This document shows positions 28,214 to 38,054 of a DNA stretch of 64,000 nucleotides, piece after piece. The DNA lies in the NCBI GenBank assembly GCA_021792255.1, contig JAJYUZ010000001.1, positions 96,001 to 160,000 of the forward strand, read 5' to 3'. The DNA is from Thermoplasmata archaeon (GTDB lineage: Archaea; Thermoplasmatota; Thermoplasmata; Thermoplasmatales; GCA-001856825). Under the pieces are notes generated by a model. That model had not been told where the DNA came from. It ran no database searches and saw nothing but the letters and a program-made list of their open reading frames with translations. Each line of letters begins with the position of its first letter. Position 1 is the first letter of the stretch. The translations under genes were made by a program, and so were the position numbers.

Positions 28214-29383
28214 TTGGGATACCTATTCAAAGCTACGTCAATAAATATTGCTAGAGCGATCTACGCGCTCAACTGGTTCGACATAGCACCCGGCCTTATC
28301 TACATCTCCAATGATCTTGGATTGAAATTTGTACAGCTCGGAATTGCGACCACTTTCTTCTACCTGGGCTTAGGTCCATTTCAGTTTGTCGGAGGCGCAC
28401 TAGCCTCGAGGATAGGTTCGAGAAAAGTCGCCTTCATTGGCCTTTTGCTATTAGGAATAGGTGCTATTTATTCGGCATATTCATTCAATCTCTTAGAGTT
28501 AGCCTTTGCAAGATTTATTGCTGGCTGCGGGTCTGCATTCTTCTTTTCCCCCGGATTATCCATTTTAAGGGACATATCGCCCCCTGAGTCATTCGGATTC
28601 CAAGTTGGAATATATAATGGAGCGTTCAGTTTGGGTGGCGGAGTGGGAGCGTTTGGATGGGTATTCGTGGACAGGGCTATAGGGTGGCAATCGGGGCTCG
28701 TACTCGGTGGGGTAATGATGATTGCAATTGCCATCGAGAATTTCATAGTGCTTAGAGGAGGCAAAGAGGTATTAGCAGAAACCACCGGATTTGCTACTAA
28801 AATGCTCTCTATTGTTAAGAATAAGTTCCTCTGGATGCTGGCTATTGGTACGATTGTTTCGACCTTTGTTGAGACAATCGGTGGCCAATTTTTGGTCTAT
28901 TTCGGAGAAAACTATCTCAAAATGTCTCCTTCAGAGTCTGGTTTCATAGATGGATTGTTCCTGATTATTGGTTTTGTCGGTGGACTCGTCGGAGGATACT
29001 TTCTTTCAAATCCCACCAGAAGGAGACCGTTTACCTATCTTATGCTTGTGATGAGCGGGCTGGCCTTCATGATAATACCGTTTTCAAAAAGCTTCATCTT
29101 ACTGACATTTGATGTTGCTGTCGCGGGATTTTCAGTCGTTTCAGGCTTCTCTGCACTGTACGTCTTTGCGACTCCACATGCACGAGACAAGGCAATGGTT
29201 CCCTTTGCTCTTTCGTTTGTCAACTTTATAGGGATTGCGATCGGCTCGATATCGCCTTTCACATTTACACTTCTGACAGACAAGATAGGACCCGCATATG
29301 GCTGGGTAATACTGGGGGCAATAGGTATTGCGCTGGTTCCTCTTCTGCTCATGGCGAAAAATCCGGAGGGGGTCAATACTTAA
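28214..29383 (+). CDS. MFS transporter
   Basis: About 12 TM segments, with GALASRIGSRK motif A and ARFIAG motif B. Confidence 0.88.
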   Translation: MGYLFKATSINIARAIYALNWFDIAPGLIYISNDLGLKFVQLGIATTFFYLGLGPFQFVGGALASRIGSRKVAFIGLLLLGIGAIYSAYSFNLLELAFARFIAGCGSAFFFSPGLSILRDISPPESFGFQVGIYNGAFSLGGGVGAFGWVFVDRAIGWQSGLVLGGVMMIAIAIENFIVLRGGKEVLAETTGFATKMLSIVKNKFLWMLAIGTIVSTFVETIGGQFLVYFGENYLKMSPSESGFIDGLFLIIGFVGGLVGGYFLSNPTRRRPFTYLMLVMSGLAFMIIPFSKSFILLTFDVAVAGFSVVSGFSALYVFATPHARDKAMVPFALSFVNFIGIAIGSISPFTFTLLTDKIGPAYGWVILGAIGIALVPLLLMAKNPEGVNT

Positions 29384-29552
29384 GGGCTGTGCAGGTGTAT
29401 CATCCTCAAACCGAGGTGCAAAGTGACATGTCAGGTTTCATTTTTTGCATGAGCCTATAAGCTCAAGCACGAAGCATAAACCAAGAACTGCGTTCTGAAC
29501 TTCTAAAATTATTCACAAGGTTTTATTACCTTCTTTTTATAAGGATAAGCGA

Positions 29553-30566
29553 ATGTATAGGTTCGGGATTGCGGGCATTCCTCTTGGTTCTAAAGGCAGA
29601 ACGGTCAAAGATGCTGTTGAAAACACCTTCCAGCTAGGGTTGGACTATCTTGAAATTCAGCTGTTTAGAATAAGCACACAAGAACGAGAAATGCGGGATT
29701 TTGTAGGAACGAAACCAAAAGACCTCGATGAGATGCTCCTCGTTGATTTGCTAAGAAGTGACGATGAGGGGAAGTACAAATCTGTGGGCCTGAACACTGA
29801 AATCGAAGAGGATGATATAGGCACCGAACTCTTCTGGAGTATGGCAAGGGACTACAAAGAACTGAACCTCGCAAGAGATATCGCAAAGGAACTGGACGTT
29901 AAAATTTCTCTTCATACCCCATACTACGTGGATTTTTCAAACGAAGAAAGAATGGTCGTCGACTCGATTCAACACACGATATGGGGTGGAGTAATTGCTG
30001 ACTCACTCAACTCGCAATATCTGATAACTCATCTGGGACTAGCCTCCGCGGAAAGGAAGAAAAGCCTGACAAAAACGTCAGCCTCACTAAAACAGATAGC
30101 GGACAAAATGGCATCCCTCAAACTCAAGCCAAAGCTTTGTATCGAGAATTCTGGCAAAAATGAAGTGCTGGGAAGCGACGAAGAAATTGATTTCCTCTTG
30201 GGTAAGGTCAAAAATATAACTGCTGTTACGAATGTTTCGCACATATACTCGTCAAGAAAGAATAGCCCTACGGAACAAGAAGAATTTTCGGAAATCGTAG
30301 AGGAGACCAAAAAGAAAAAGAGACCTCTCTACTTCGAGTTCTCTGGGGTAGAATTCTTAGATCAGAGTGAGTATAGAATTACGCCGATCAAGAAGGGCAA
30401 CCTGAAATTTGAGCCATTCGCGGATGCACTTGCGGATTTTGACAATGAAATGACTCTAATCTCCTTTTCTCCCTTGCTCGAGCACGATGCCCTTTACATG
30501 AAAGTCATTTTTGAAAGGAGCATTCTAAAGAAGATTGGAAAAACGGTAAAGCCTCTGGCCCAATGA
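29553..30566 (+). CDS. Endonuclease IV-like TIM-barrel protein (divergent, with insertion)
   Basis: RFGIAGIP, LEIQ, SLHTPYY, ITHLG, IENSGK, FSGVE, ISFSPLLEHDA. Confidence 0.75.
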   Translation: MYRFGIAGIPLGSKGRTVKDAVENTFQLGLDYLEIQLFRISTQEREMRDFVGTKPKDLDEMLLVDLLRSDDEGKYKSVGLNTEIEEDDIGTELFWSMARDYKELNLARDIAKELDVKISLHTPYYVDFSNEERMVVDSIQHTIWGGVIADSLNSQYLITHLGLASAERKKSLTKTSASLKQIADKMASLKLKPKLCIENSGKNEVLGSDEEIDFLLGKVKNITAVTNVSHIYSSRKNSPTEQEEFSEIVEETKKKKRPLYFEFSGVEFLDQSEYRITPIKKGNLKFEPFADALADFDNEMTLISFSPLLEHDALYMKVIFERSILKKIGKTVKPLAQ

Positions 30567-30650
30567 GTTGAATCAGAACGGGTCCAGGGCTTGAGGATCA
30601 GTTTGTTTCTCTAATAAAGGAATTCAAACCTCTGATACTTGACGGTCTGC

Positions 30651-31181
30651 TCAGATCTTTATTACTAACCGCGAATAGGCATGTGCGACCTTATTTACTT
30701 TGGGTCTTATTACCGCATTGCAATAGAGTGACCCAGGATTCTTCTTGAAGTAATCCTTGTGGTAAGTTTCTGCAGGATAGAAATTCTTTAGTGGTTTTAT
30801 AGCTGTTACGACTTTCTTCGAATATTCCTTCTGAACTTCTTCTACAGTTCTCCTAATAACTGACTCGTCTTCCTTATCGCTATAGAAAATAACAGATCGG
30901 TACTGTTCTCCGATGTCATCCCCCTGTTTATTAAGAGAGGTGGGGTCGTGCATTGTGAAGAATACATCGAGAATCTCTTGGAGCGATATTACATCCTGGT
31001 CGTACTCTACTCTGACCGCTTCTGCATGACCGGTACCACCTTCACACACAGTTTCGTACGATGGATTCTGAACAGTTCCACCTGAATAACCTGGCTGGGT
31101 AGAAGTGATTCCATTGATGACGGAAAACACAGCTTCAGTGCACCAGAAACACCCCCCGCCCAAGACTATCGATTTTGTCAC
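30651..31181 (-). CDS. msrA: Peptide-methionine (S)-S-oxide reductase
   Basis: GGGCFWC, GYSGG, GHAE, HDPT, QYRS, AETYH. Confidence 0.95.
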   Translation of the reverse strand: MTKSIVLGGGCFWCTEAVFSVINGITSTQPGYSGGTVQNPSYETVCEGGTGHAEAVRVEYDQDVISLQEILDVFFTMHDPTSLNKQGDDIGEQYRSVIFYSDKEDESVIRRTVEEVQKEYSKKVVTAIKPLKNFYPAETYHKDYFKKNPGSLYCNAVIRPKVNKVAHAYSRLVIKI

Positions 31182-31182
31182 A

Positions 31183-31563
31183 TTATACCTCAGTATCTGG
31201 AATGAATCTCATTGAAATGGAGTTGACACAGTGTCTCGCGTTTGTCGGAGTAAATCTCTCGCCGTAGAAAACGTGACCAAGATGGGCGTCACAGTTAGCA
31301 CATCTTATCTCGGTTCTTTCTTCATCCTTGTCCACGAGTTTTCTGATTGCCCCCTTTATTTCGTCATCAAAACTTGCCCACCCGCAGTCAGACTCGAATT
31401 TATCATTAGACCTGTAGAGTGGTTTATTGCACCTTCTGCAGACGTACACCCCCTTCTCGAAATGATCATAAAACTCTCCAGTGAAAGGTGGTTCAGTTCC
31501 TCCGTGAACTATCACCATCTCTTCTTCCCTTGTCAATTCGATATTCGACCTTCCCTCATTCAT
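31183..31563 (-). CDS. msrB: Peptide-methionine (R)-S-oxide reductase
   Basis: GTEPPFTG, CRRC, CGWASF, RTEIRC..C..HLGHVF, RHCVNS. Confidence 0.95.
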   Translation of the reverse strand: MNEGRSNIELTREEEMVIVHGGTEPPFTGEFYDHFEKGVYVCRRCNKPLYRSNDKFESDCGWASFDDEIKGAIRKLVDKDEERTEIRCANCDAHLGHVFYGERFTPTNARHCVNSISMRFIPDTEV

Positions 31564-31714
31564 TAGAGAATCAGGATGATTCGCAATAAAAACATGTTGT
31601 TGTGTCCTGAATTACTAAGTCATGGAACGAAATTTTGAATCCATCTAAAGAGCGTACTTTTAGCCGACTGAAAGAATACAAAAGAATATAAATGTCAGAA
31701 AAATAGACACCGAA

Positions 31715-32155
31715 TTGAGTGAATCTTCAAAGTACCTGGGCGACTGCATATTTTGCAGAATCTTGACTGGAAAAGAAGAGGGGACTTTCATATATAGGAA
31801 TGACAAGGTATCTGCCTTCCTGGACATTCATCCCCTGTTCGAAGGACACACGCTCGTAATTCCGAACGAACATTTTGTAGACATATCCGATGTCTCAGAA
31901 GAATCGCTGATTGAAGTCATGCGCGTAGCAAAGGTCATAAGCAGTCTAATGCTGAAAAATCTGAATGCAGAGGGAATTAACATAATGCACTCAACGGGAA
32001 GGCCCGCTGGACAGACTATCCACCACTTTCACGTTCACATCCTTCCGAGGAAGAGTGGCGACGACTCTGAATTTCAGAAGTGGTGGTTTACGAGGTCTCA
32101 TAAGGCATCTAGGTTAGAATTGAACGACTTGGCCTCAAAGCTACTCAAAAAGTAA
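31715..32155 (+). CDS. HIT family hydrolase
   Basis: DCIFCRI, FLDIHP, GHTLVIP, HFHVHILPR. Confidence 0.92.
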   Translation: MSESSKYLGDCIFCRILTGKEEGTFIYRNDKVSAFLDIHPLFEGHTLVIPNEHFVDISDVSEESLIEVMRVAKVISSLMLKNLNAEGINIMHSTGRPAGQTIHHFHVHILPRKSGDDSEFQKWWFTRSHKASRLELNDLASKLLKK

Positions 32156-32485
32156 GGCCAACTTAAGAGTAAATGTCATGGCTACTTCACAGCGGGAAGA
32201 AGGAGCAATTGGCGGCCTATATTCTTAAGGAAAGGTCAGAAATAGGATAGACGGCGCGGACTTGTAGTGAAGAAAGACGGACTGGCACGCAGAGAATCCC
32301 ATAAACATTGTTCGGAGATTGCCAATCTCAGATAGTCGCCTTCTTTGACTTCTCAGATGGCACGGAGGTAATTAAGCAGACATCAGTGAGGTGACCAAAT
32401 CGGTTTTTAGGAAACAACCACATAATTGAATCAGGGACACCTAAATCCAAAGCACCTGTTAAATATTCATAAATGATTAGGAATT

Positions 32486-33862
32486 ATGGTCAGGAAAGAG
32501 CGAGATTCACTGGGCGAAGTGGAGATCCCCGAGGGGCGGTTGTACGGACCAGAAACCGTCCGTGCGCTCTCTAATTTCCCCTATTATAGATTCATGGACA
32601 GGAGAATTATCGATACTCTTATAGTGATCAAGAGATCTTACGTCAGAGCTTTCACAAGCAAGGGAAAGATATCAAAGGAGATAGGAGAGGCAATAATCAA
32701 GGCAGCAGACGAACTGTTAAAGAACAAGAATGATTTGGATTTTCCACTGAAATACATACAGGCCGGAGCAGGAACATCCACTAACATGAACGTGAACGAA
32801 GTCATAGCGAACAAGGCTCTTGAAATGATGGGTAAAGCTCTTGGAAGCCACGATATAATAAGTCCCCACAATCAAGTCAACATCGGACAGTCGACTAACG
32901 ACACTATACCTGCAGCAATCAGGATTTCCGCCTACTTCGCGTTAAAGGCACTATCAAAAAATATTGAGAAGGCGATCGACAGATTTGAACTTCTTTCAAA
33001 TGAGAATTCAACCAAAATAAAAACGGGAAGAACTCATATTCAGGATGCGTCTGCTGTTACCTTTGGAGGGGAATTCAAGGCATATGCCGACGAGCTGAGG
33101 TCATTCTTGGACGAGAAAGACTACATTCTGACCAGACTTAAGAGGCTCAACCTCGGAGGAACCGCGGTTGGGACGGGTGCAAACCTTCCTCCTGAAGTTA
33201 AAGATCTAGTGTACAAGAACATCAACGAATACTACAAGGAGAGCTTCTTGCCAGCAGAGAATCTGATGATGGTGATGCAATTCACATCCGACTTCAATTT
33301 ACTCGCTTCCTGGCTCAGTAACTTTTCTGCTGCTCTGATAAAGATATCACGCGATTTGAGAATGATGAACTCTGGTCCAGTTGCTGGTCTTAATGAAATA
33401 GTCCTCCCGGCAGTTCAGCCGGGATCATCGATAATGCCTGGTAAGGTCAACCCTAGCATTCTTGAGGCGGTGACAATGAGCGCCCTATTTGTACGTGGTC
33501 TAGCACAGACAGTAAACGATGCCTCCTCCCAGGGAGAAATGGAAATCAACGTGTTTACTCCGATAATATACACAGCATTAATGGAGGCTTTTGACGTCTT
33601 GACAGTCACTCTGACGATCCTCGAAGAAAAGACTCTGAAGGGAATCAAGATCAACTCAGAATATGCTTACGAAATGCTACTGAATTCTCCCGGAACTGCT
33701 CTCCTCTTGAACCCAGTGATCGGGTACGAGAAGACAGCCGAAATAGTAAAAGAGGCTAAAGAGAAGAATGTACCATTCCTAAAATTGTTGAGAGAGAGAC
33801 GGATATTGACCGAAGAGCAGATAGACAAGATATTCGGTCCAGAAAATATGCTGAATAAGTGA
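32486..33862 (+). CDS. Aspartate ammonia-lyase / class II fumarase family
   Basis: ERDSLG, QAGAGTSTNMNVNE, QSTND, GRTHIQDA, GSSIMPGKVNP. Confidence 0.9.
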   Translation: MVRKERDSLGEVEIPEGRLYGPETVRALSNFPYYRFMDRRIIDTLIVIKRSYVRAFTSKGKISKEIGEAIIKAADELLKNKNDLDFPLKYIQAGAGTSTNMNVNEVIANKALEMMGKALGSHDIISPHNQVNIGQSTNDTIPAAIRISAYFALKALSKNIEKAIDRFELLSNENSTKIKTGRTHIQDASAVTFGGEFKAYADELRSFLDEKDYILTRLKRLNLGGTAVGTGANLPPEVKDLVYKNINEYYKESFLPAENLMMVMQFTSDFNLLASWLSNFSAALIKISRDLRMMNSGPVAGLNEIVLPAVQPGSSIMPGKVNPSILEAVTMSALFVRGLAQTVNDASSQGEMEINVFTPIIYTALMEAFDVLTVTLTILEEKTLKGIKINSEYAYEMLLNSPGTALLLNPVIGYEKTAEIVKEAKEKNVPFLKLLRERRILTEEQIDKIFGPENMLNK

Positions 33863-33969
33863 GCTAAGACCCTCCAGATCAGAGGCAAGCCTGGCTTTCC
33901 CGAATATCTAAGGTGCTCTTGAAAAAAATAAATACTCCGAATAAATCTGGTGGTATATAAGAGGATTAC

Positions 33970-34548
33970 ATGTATTTCATAATTGAGACTAATGAGACGG
34001 TCAGGGTCCCCCCAGAAAACCTAGGTGAAGAGTACGAAGCTACAGCAAAAACAATCGCGGTCAGAAACGTAGAAGGTAAGATAGGAGTGCTCGACCGAGA
34101 GCTCGTCAGGGATTCTAATGACAGGAAGTACATCAACCTCCTTGTGCTAGAATCTGATCTGGACGGAGAGGGAAGAATAGTACACGGAGATGGAGGGGTG
34201 TACCAAGAGGTCAAGATGAAGATTCTTGCGTTCCAACCAATGATGCAGGAAGTTGTCGAAGGGGACATCGCGGATGTGAAGAAATTCGGTGCATTTGTGA
34301 GCATTGGACCCCTCGAGGGCTTGCTTCACGTCAGTCAAGTAATGGACGACAGGATAGAGGTTGACGAGGATAATAAGAGGATGATTGGAAAGGATACAAA
34401 GAGGGACCTCAAGATGGGAGACCTTGTTAGGACTAGAATCGTAGCCCTCTCTCTCTCAGATTCAAAGTTGGAGGAAAGCAAGATTGGCCTGACTATGAGG
34501 CAAAACTTCCTCGGAAAGTTCATTTGGTTAAAGGGTGAGGCGAAGTGA
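33970..34548 (+). CDS. rpo7: DNA-directed RNA polymerase subunit Rpo7 (E')
   Basis: VRVPP, GDGGVY, FGAFV..GPLEGLLHVSQ, IGLTMRQ..LGK. Confidence 0.95.
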   Translation: MYFIIETNETVRVPPENLGEEYEATAKTIAVRNVEGKIGVLDRELVRDSNDRKYINLLVLESDLDGEGRIVHGDGGVYQEVKMKILAFQPMMQEVVEGDIADVKKFGAFVSIGPLEGLLHVSQVMDDRIEVDEDNKRMIGKDTKRDLKMGDLVRTRIVALSLSDSKLEESKIGLTMRQNFLGKFIWLKGEAK

Positions 34549-34730
34549 TAAAGCTTCGAGCCTGCAGAAACTGTAAGAATGTAACCGAAGAAATCAAGTG
34601 CGAAAAGTGCGGGGGAGATACGGTTCTCGAATGGAAAGGCTACCTGTTTATACTGGACCCGGTTCGCTCGTCGGTGGGAAAGAGGGCAGGGGTCAGTACA
34701 TCTGGTGAGTATGCAATCAAAGTTAGATAA
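34545..34730 (+). CDS. spt4: Transcription elongation factor Spt4 (RpoE'')
   Basis: ACRNC...CEKCG...W.G...I.DP..S...GEYAIKVR, in the conserved position after rpo7. Confidence 0.93.
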   Translation: MIKLRACRNCKNVTEEIKCEKCGGDTVLEWKGYLFILDPVRSSVGKRAGVSTSGEYAIKVR

Positions 34731-35220
34731 AGACGTAGTTGTTCCCTCAGAATTCAGAAAGATTTTTTCGAGAATGCCAGAGGTTCTAGTTACAAAAGAA
34801 TCTCAAATCGAATTCCTTTCCTCAAAGATACTGATCACCGTTGGAGATGTGGTCACAGCTACTGCACTTCGCTATAAGATTATTCCCAAACTTTCTATCA
34901 TTGATTTCAAAACTAAGAGGGATGAGGTTCTTCCCTCACTTCCAGAAAAGTGGGATAGGAAACTTAAAGTAAAGAACGCTCCAGGATCAATCTCCGTAGA
35001 ACTCTGGACTACCATAGATTTCGCTCTCAAATCAAAGGGGAACACACTGATAGAGGTAGACGGAGAAGAAGATCTTGCGTCCATTCCGGCAATATTGATG
35101 GCGCCAGATGGTGCGATAGTTATTTATGGCGTTCCCGATAAGGGGATAGCCGTCTATGAGATCGGAGACAATCTTAGACAGCTAGTAAGTCATGAAATTG
35201 AAAGATTAAGGGGAATCTGA
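34705..35220 (+). CDS. GTP-dependent dephospho-CoA kinase (DUF359)
   Basis: TVGDVV, IIDFKTKR, NAPGSI, VDGEEDL, YGVP. Conserved position after spt4. Confidence 0.88.
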   Translation: MSMQSKLDKDVVVPSEFRKIFSRMPEVLVTKESQIEFLSSKILITVGDVVTATALRYKIIPKLSIIDFKTKRDEVLPSLPEKWDRKLKVKNAPGSISVELWTTIDFALKSKGNTLIEVDGEEDLASIPAILMAPDGAIVIYGVPDKGIAVYEIGDNLRQLVSHEIERLRGI

Positions 35221-35541
35221 ATGAAAATTGAAATCGAAACCAGAGAAGAGAATAAACTCCTGAACAGGATGGAAATTCGATATAGAGTAATCCATCCAAA
35301 GGAAAAGACACCCAGCCGAGAAGAAGCCAAGAATCAAATTGCAGCAAACCTCCAAGTTCCAAAAGAACTTGTGATTATCGATTATCAAAAGTCAAAATTT
35401 GGTAAGAACTTTACAGAAGGGTATGCAAAGGTTTACAGGACTAAGGAAGAGGCAATAGCATTAGAACCAGATTTCTTGCTGATAAGAAATGGACTGAAAT
35501 CTAAGGAAGGAGATCAAAATGCAAAAGCGGGAAATGTATAA
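35221..35541 (+). CDS. rps24e: 30S ribosomal protein S24e
   Basis: [17 protein letters not shown]...GYAKVY. Confidence 0.95.
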   Translation: MKIEIETREENKLLNRMEIRYRVIHPKEKTPSREEAKNQIAANLQVPKELVIIDYQKSKFGKNFTEGYAKVYRTKEEAIALEPDFLLIRNGLKSKEGDQNAKAGNV

Positions 35542-35674
35542 AGTTGAGGACGGAAAGATCATAAGAAAGGGAAAATTTTGTCCCAAGTGTGGTCCAGGAA
35601 TATTTCTAGCCCAGCATGAGGACAGACTGACATGCGGAAGATGTGGATATTCGGAACTCACTACTAAGGACTGA
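35519..35674 (+). CDS. rps27ae: 30S ribosomal protein S27ae (51 aa)
   Basis: Translated by hand: [58 protein letters not shown]. Below the ORF track cutoff. Confidence 0.95.
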   Translation: MQKREMYKVEDGKIIRKGKFCPKCGPGIFLAQHEDRLTCGRCGYSELTTKD

Positions 35675-35820
35675 ACTGAAATCTCGAACTCTGGTGAACA
35701 TATGGTCTTATTTTTTTGAAGAAACTCTTTCAGACCAAGTGATCGAAATGAAATATTTTACTGTATATAGGAGTTCAAGGAAAAGCTTAAAAGGACGTAA
35801 TTTTTTAACTCTCGGTAATT

Positions 35821-36561
35821 ATGCTTCAGATTAAGGTCGACGCCAAGACTATAAGAGAATTTTCGAATATCATTTTGACTCTGGTTCAAGAGGCGAGAGT
35901 CGATTTCAAGCCGGACGGAATCTCAGCAAAGGTAATGGACCCAGCCAGGGTAGCGATGATTTCTGTCGAAGTCAAGAGAGAGGCTTTTCAGGAATTTGAC
36001 GTGAATGGAGAAGAGAGTCTTGGTCTAGACATCGAGAAGATGAGAAATTTTCTGAAGCTTACGGCGGCTACGGAAATAATAGATTTCAAGTACGATGGCA
36101 AGAAGATATCAATGAAACTTGGAAATCTCTCGGCGGGTATTCCCATAATAGATCCGTCAGCCCTGACAACTCCAAAGATTCCGACCATAGAACCGCAGGA
36201 CAAGATAGTGACAGATCTGAACCTTCTATCCACGGGTATAAAGGCGGCAGAAGGAATATCGGAGGTCGTGACCTTCAGTATTAAGAGCGATGAACTGAAA
36301 GTATCTGCGAAAGGGGAAACCGAATCTGAGACCATAGAAATGACAATTCCAAAGAGCCTAGCAAAGGAATTCATCTTTAGTTCAGATTCTAGGAGCTCAT
36401 TTGCTCTTGAATATCTCACAAAATTCTTAAGAGCTTTGGAAAGCACAGAAGAGGTGTCTATTGCCATAGGAAATGATTACCCCCTTAGAATGGAAGCTCC
36501 AATCATGAACGGTAAGGGAAAGGTTACTTTTCTGATAGCTCCTCGGATCGAGAACATCTGA
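35821..36561 (+). CDS. pcn: DNA polymerase sliding clamp (PCNA)
   Basis: MDPARVAMI, FALEYL, GNDYPL, FLIAPRIE. Confidence 0.95.
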   Translation: MLQIKVDAKTIREFSNIILTLVQEARVDFKPDGISAKVMDPARVAMISVEVKREAFQEFDVNGEESLGLDIEKMRNFLKLTAATEIIDFKYDGKKISMKLGNLSAGIPIIDPSALTTPKIPTIEPQDKIVTDLNLLSTGIKAAEGISEVVTFSIKSDELKVSAKGETESETIEMTIPKSLAKEFIFSSDSRSSFALEYLTKFLRALESTEEVSIAIGNDYPLRMEAPIMNGKGKVTFLIAPRIENI

Positions 36562-37234
36562 ACGCTTTAGTCCTGAGCCCCGACCTGAATCTAAACTTCA
36601 AAAGGAATAGCAAATTAGATATTCCGTCTTTCCAAGGCTTTAACTTCTTTTCGCCCATCCTTCTATCATAGTTTATTGAGATTTCTTTATAGCAATAACT
36701 AGTTGCTGCTCTGATCTTAATCTCTTCCGAAAATTCCATCCCATTTCCTCGTGGACGGATAGATTGAAGTATATCTCTTCTGAAAAGCCACATTCCCGAT
36801 TGACTGTCCGTTATATCAACCATGAAGAGCACTTTGGTAGACACGTTGAGAATTTTGTTTCCAATTCTGTGCATTAGACTCATTGCTTCGTTAGTAGATT
36901 TGGTAAGTCTTTCTCCCGAAACAAAATCGTAGCCCATTTTTAAGCTCTCGAGCATTATCGGTATCGCACTTGGAGGGTACGTACAATCTGCATCGAGTGT
37001 CACAATTATGTCACCATTAGCAACCGAAAAGCCTTTTTGATAAGCATTTCCGTAACCTAGCTTTTCTTCATTTACTACTATTGCGCCTAGTGACGTTCCA
37101 ATCTCGGCGGTCCTATCGGTCGAGTTTGAATCGACTACAATTATCTCGCCCTGGCTATCAATTTCACGTATCATCTTGATGACTTTACCAATGCTTTCTT
37201 CTTCGTTAAGAGCTGGGATGATGTAAGAAATCAA
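36524..37234 (-). CDS. Glycosyltransferase family 2 (Dol-P-sugar synthase-like)
   Basis: IIPALNEE, VDSNSTDRT, GYGNA, LDADCTY, DSQSGM. Confidence 0.9.
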   Translation of the reverse strand: MISYIIPALNEEESIGKVIKMIREIDSQGEIIVVDSNSTDRTAEIGTSLGAIVVNEEKLGYGNAYQKGFSVANGDIIVTLDADCTYPPSAIPIMLESLKMGYDFVSGERLTKSTNEAMSLMHRIGNKILNVSTKVLFMVDITDSQSGMWLFRRDILQSIRPRGNGMEFSEEIKIRAATSYCYKEISINYDRRMGEKKLKPWKDGISNLLFLLKFRFRSGLRTKAFRCSRSEELSEK

Positions 37235-37980
37235 TTCCGACCCCCAAACAAATAGCCCAACATTCCAAAAGCTAGTCTTGAAGATTCAATAATAGGATGC
37301 TTCCTCATATTGGACCTGTTGAAAGAGCTCTTAAGTCCATATTTTTTCTTTATGAGTCTTCTCCCTATTCCATCGCTGTAGCTCTGTCTTAGAAGTGATT
37401 TAAATGTCTGGCGAGGGTGGTGGGAGACGACGACACTCTCATCGTAAAAGATGTCGTATCCATTATCAATCGCCCTAATGTTGAGATCAATATCTTCAGC
37501 GGTGTTAAAGTTCTCGTCAAAAGTACCAATCTTATCGATCACAGTCCTGCTGTACATCAGGTTGTTTGAGGGGTAGGTGACGTCCTTTCCTTTATGAAGC
37601 ATAGGGACTCTCTCGAGGTCGGACCACTTCGAACTGGAGTCCTGAATAATTTTTCCAGCCAGGATGTCGTGTTCTAGCCTTGTCTTTAAAGAAACTCCCC
37701 AATTTTCTGCGACCTCCGTGTCGGAGTCCAAAAATATCAGTTTTTTTCCGCTCGACAATTTGATGCATTCATTTCTTCCAACAGCTCGATTCCCGTCCTT
37801 TCTAGTAAGGATAATTTTACTTCTTTCTCTTTCAGTCTGGAGATATTCAAACGTACCGTCTGTGGAATATGCATCAACAACGACGATTTCAAAGTCCTGA
37901 TCTGGGATGTTCAGCGAGGAGACGAGTAATTTGATGTTGCTAAGATCATTTTTTACCGTTATGAGAATTGATATCTCCAT
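37231..37980 (-). CDS. Glycosyltransferase family 2
   Basis: VVDAYSTDGT, GRNECI, FLDSD, FDENF..AEDIDL. Confidence 0.88.
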   Translation of the reverse strand: MEISILITVKNDLSNIKLLVSSLNIPDQDFEIVVVDAYSTDGTFEYLQTERERSKIILTRKDGNRAVGRNECIKLSSGKKLIFLDSDTEVAENWGVSLKTRLEHDILAGKIIQDSSSKWSDLERVPMLHKGKDVTYPSNNLMYSRTVIDKIGTFDENFNTAEDIDLNIRAIDNGYDIFYDESVVVSHHPRQTFKSLLRQSYSDGIGRRLIKKKYGLKSSFNRSNMRKHPIIESSRLAFGMLGYLFGGRN

Positions 37981-38054
37981 TTAATCCCTAATATAATAAG
38001 GAATAAAAGTTTGCTTTTAGCGGCAGTTTATCTAGCTTAATTTCATTAGGGAAT

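Noticed and set aside
27500-32155. Oxidative-stress island (rubrerythrin, msrAB, EndoIV-like, HIT)
   Set aside because: The genes are common and in mixed orientations, and I saw no shared operator. Not evidence of a new system.
32156-32485. 330-bp intergenic region as an ncRNA or small gene
   Set aside because: No convincing structure, repeat or ORF was seen.
35695-35790. Hairpin TGGTCT...AGACCA after rps27ae
   Set aside because: Short and imperfect, and it contains a T-tract. Best explained as an ordinary terminator region.
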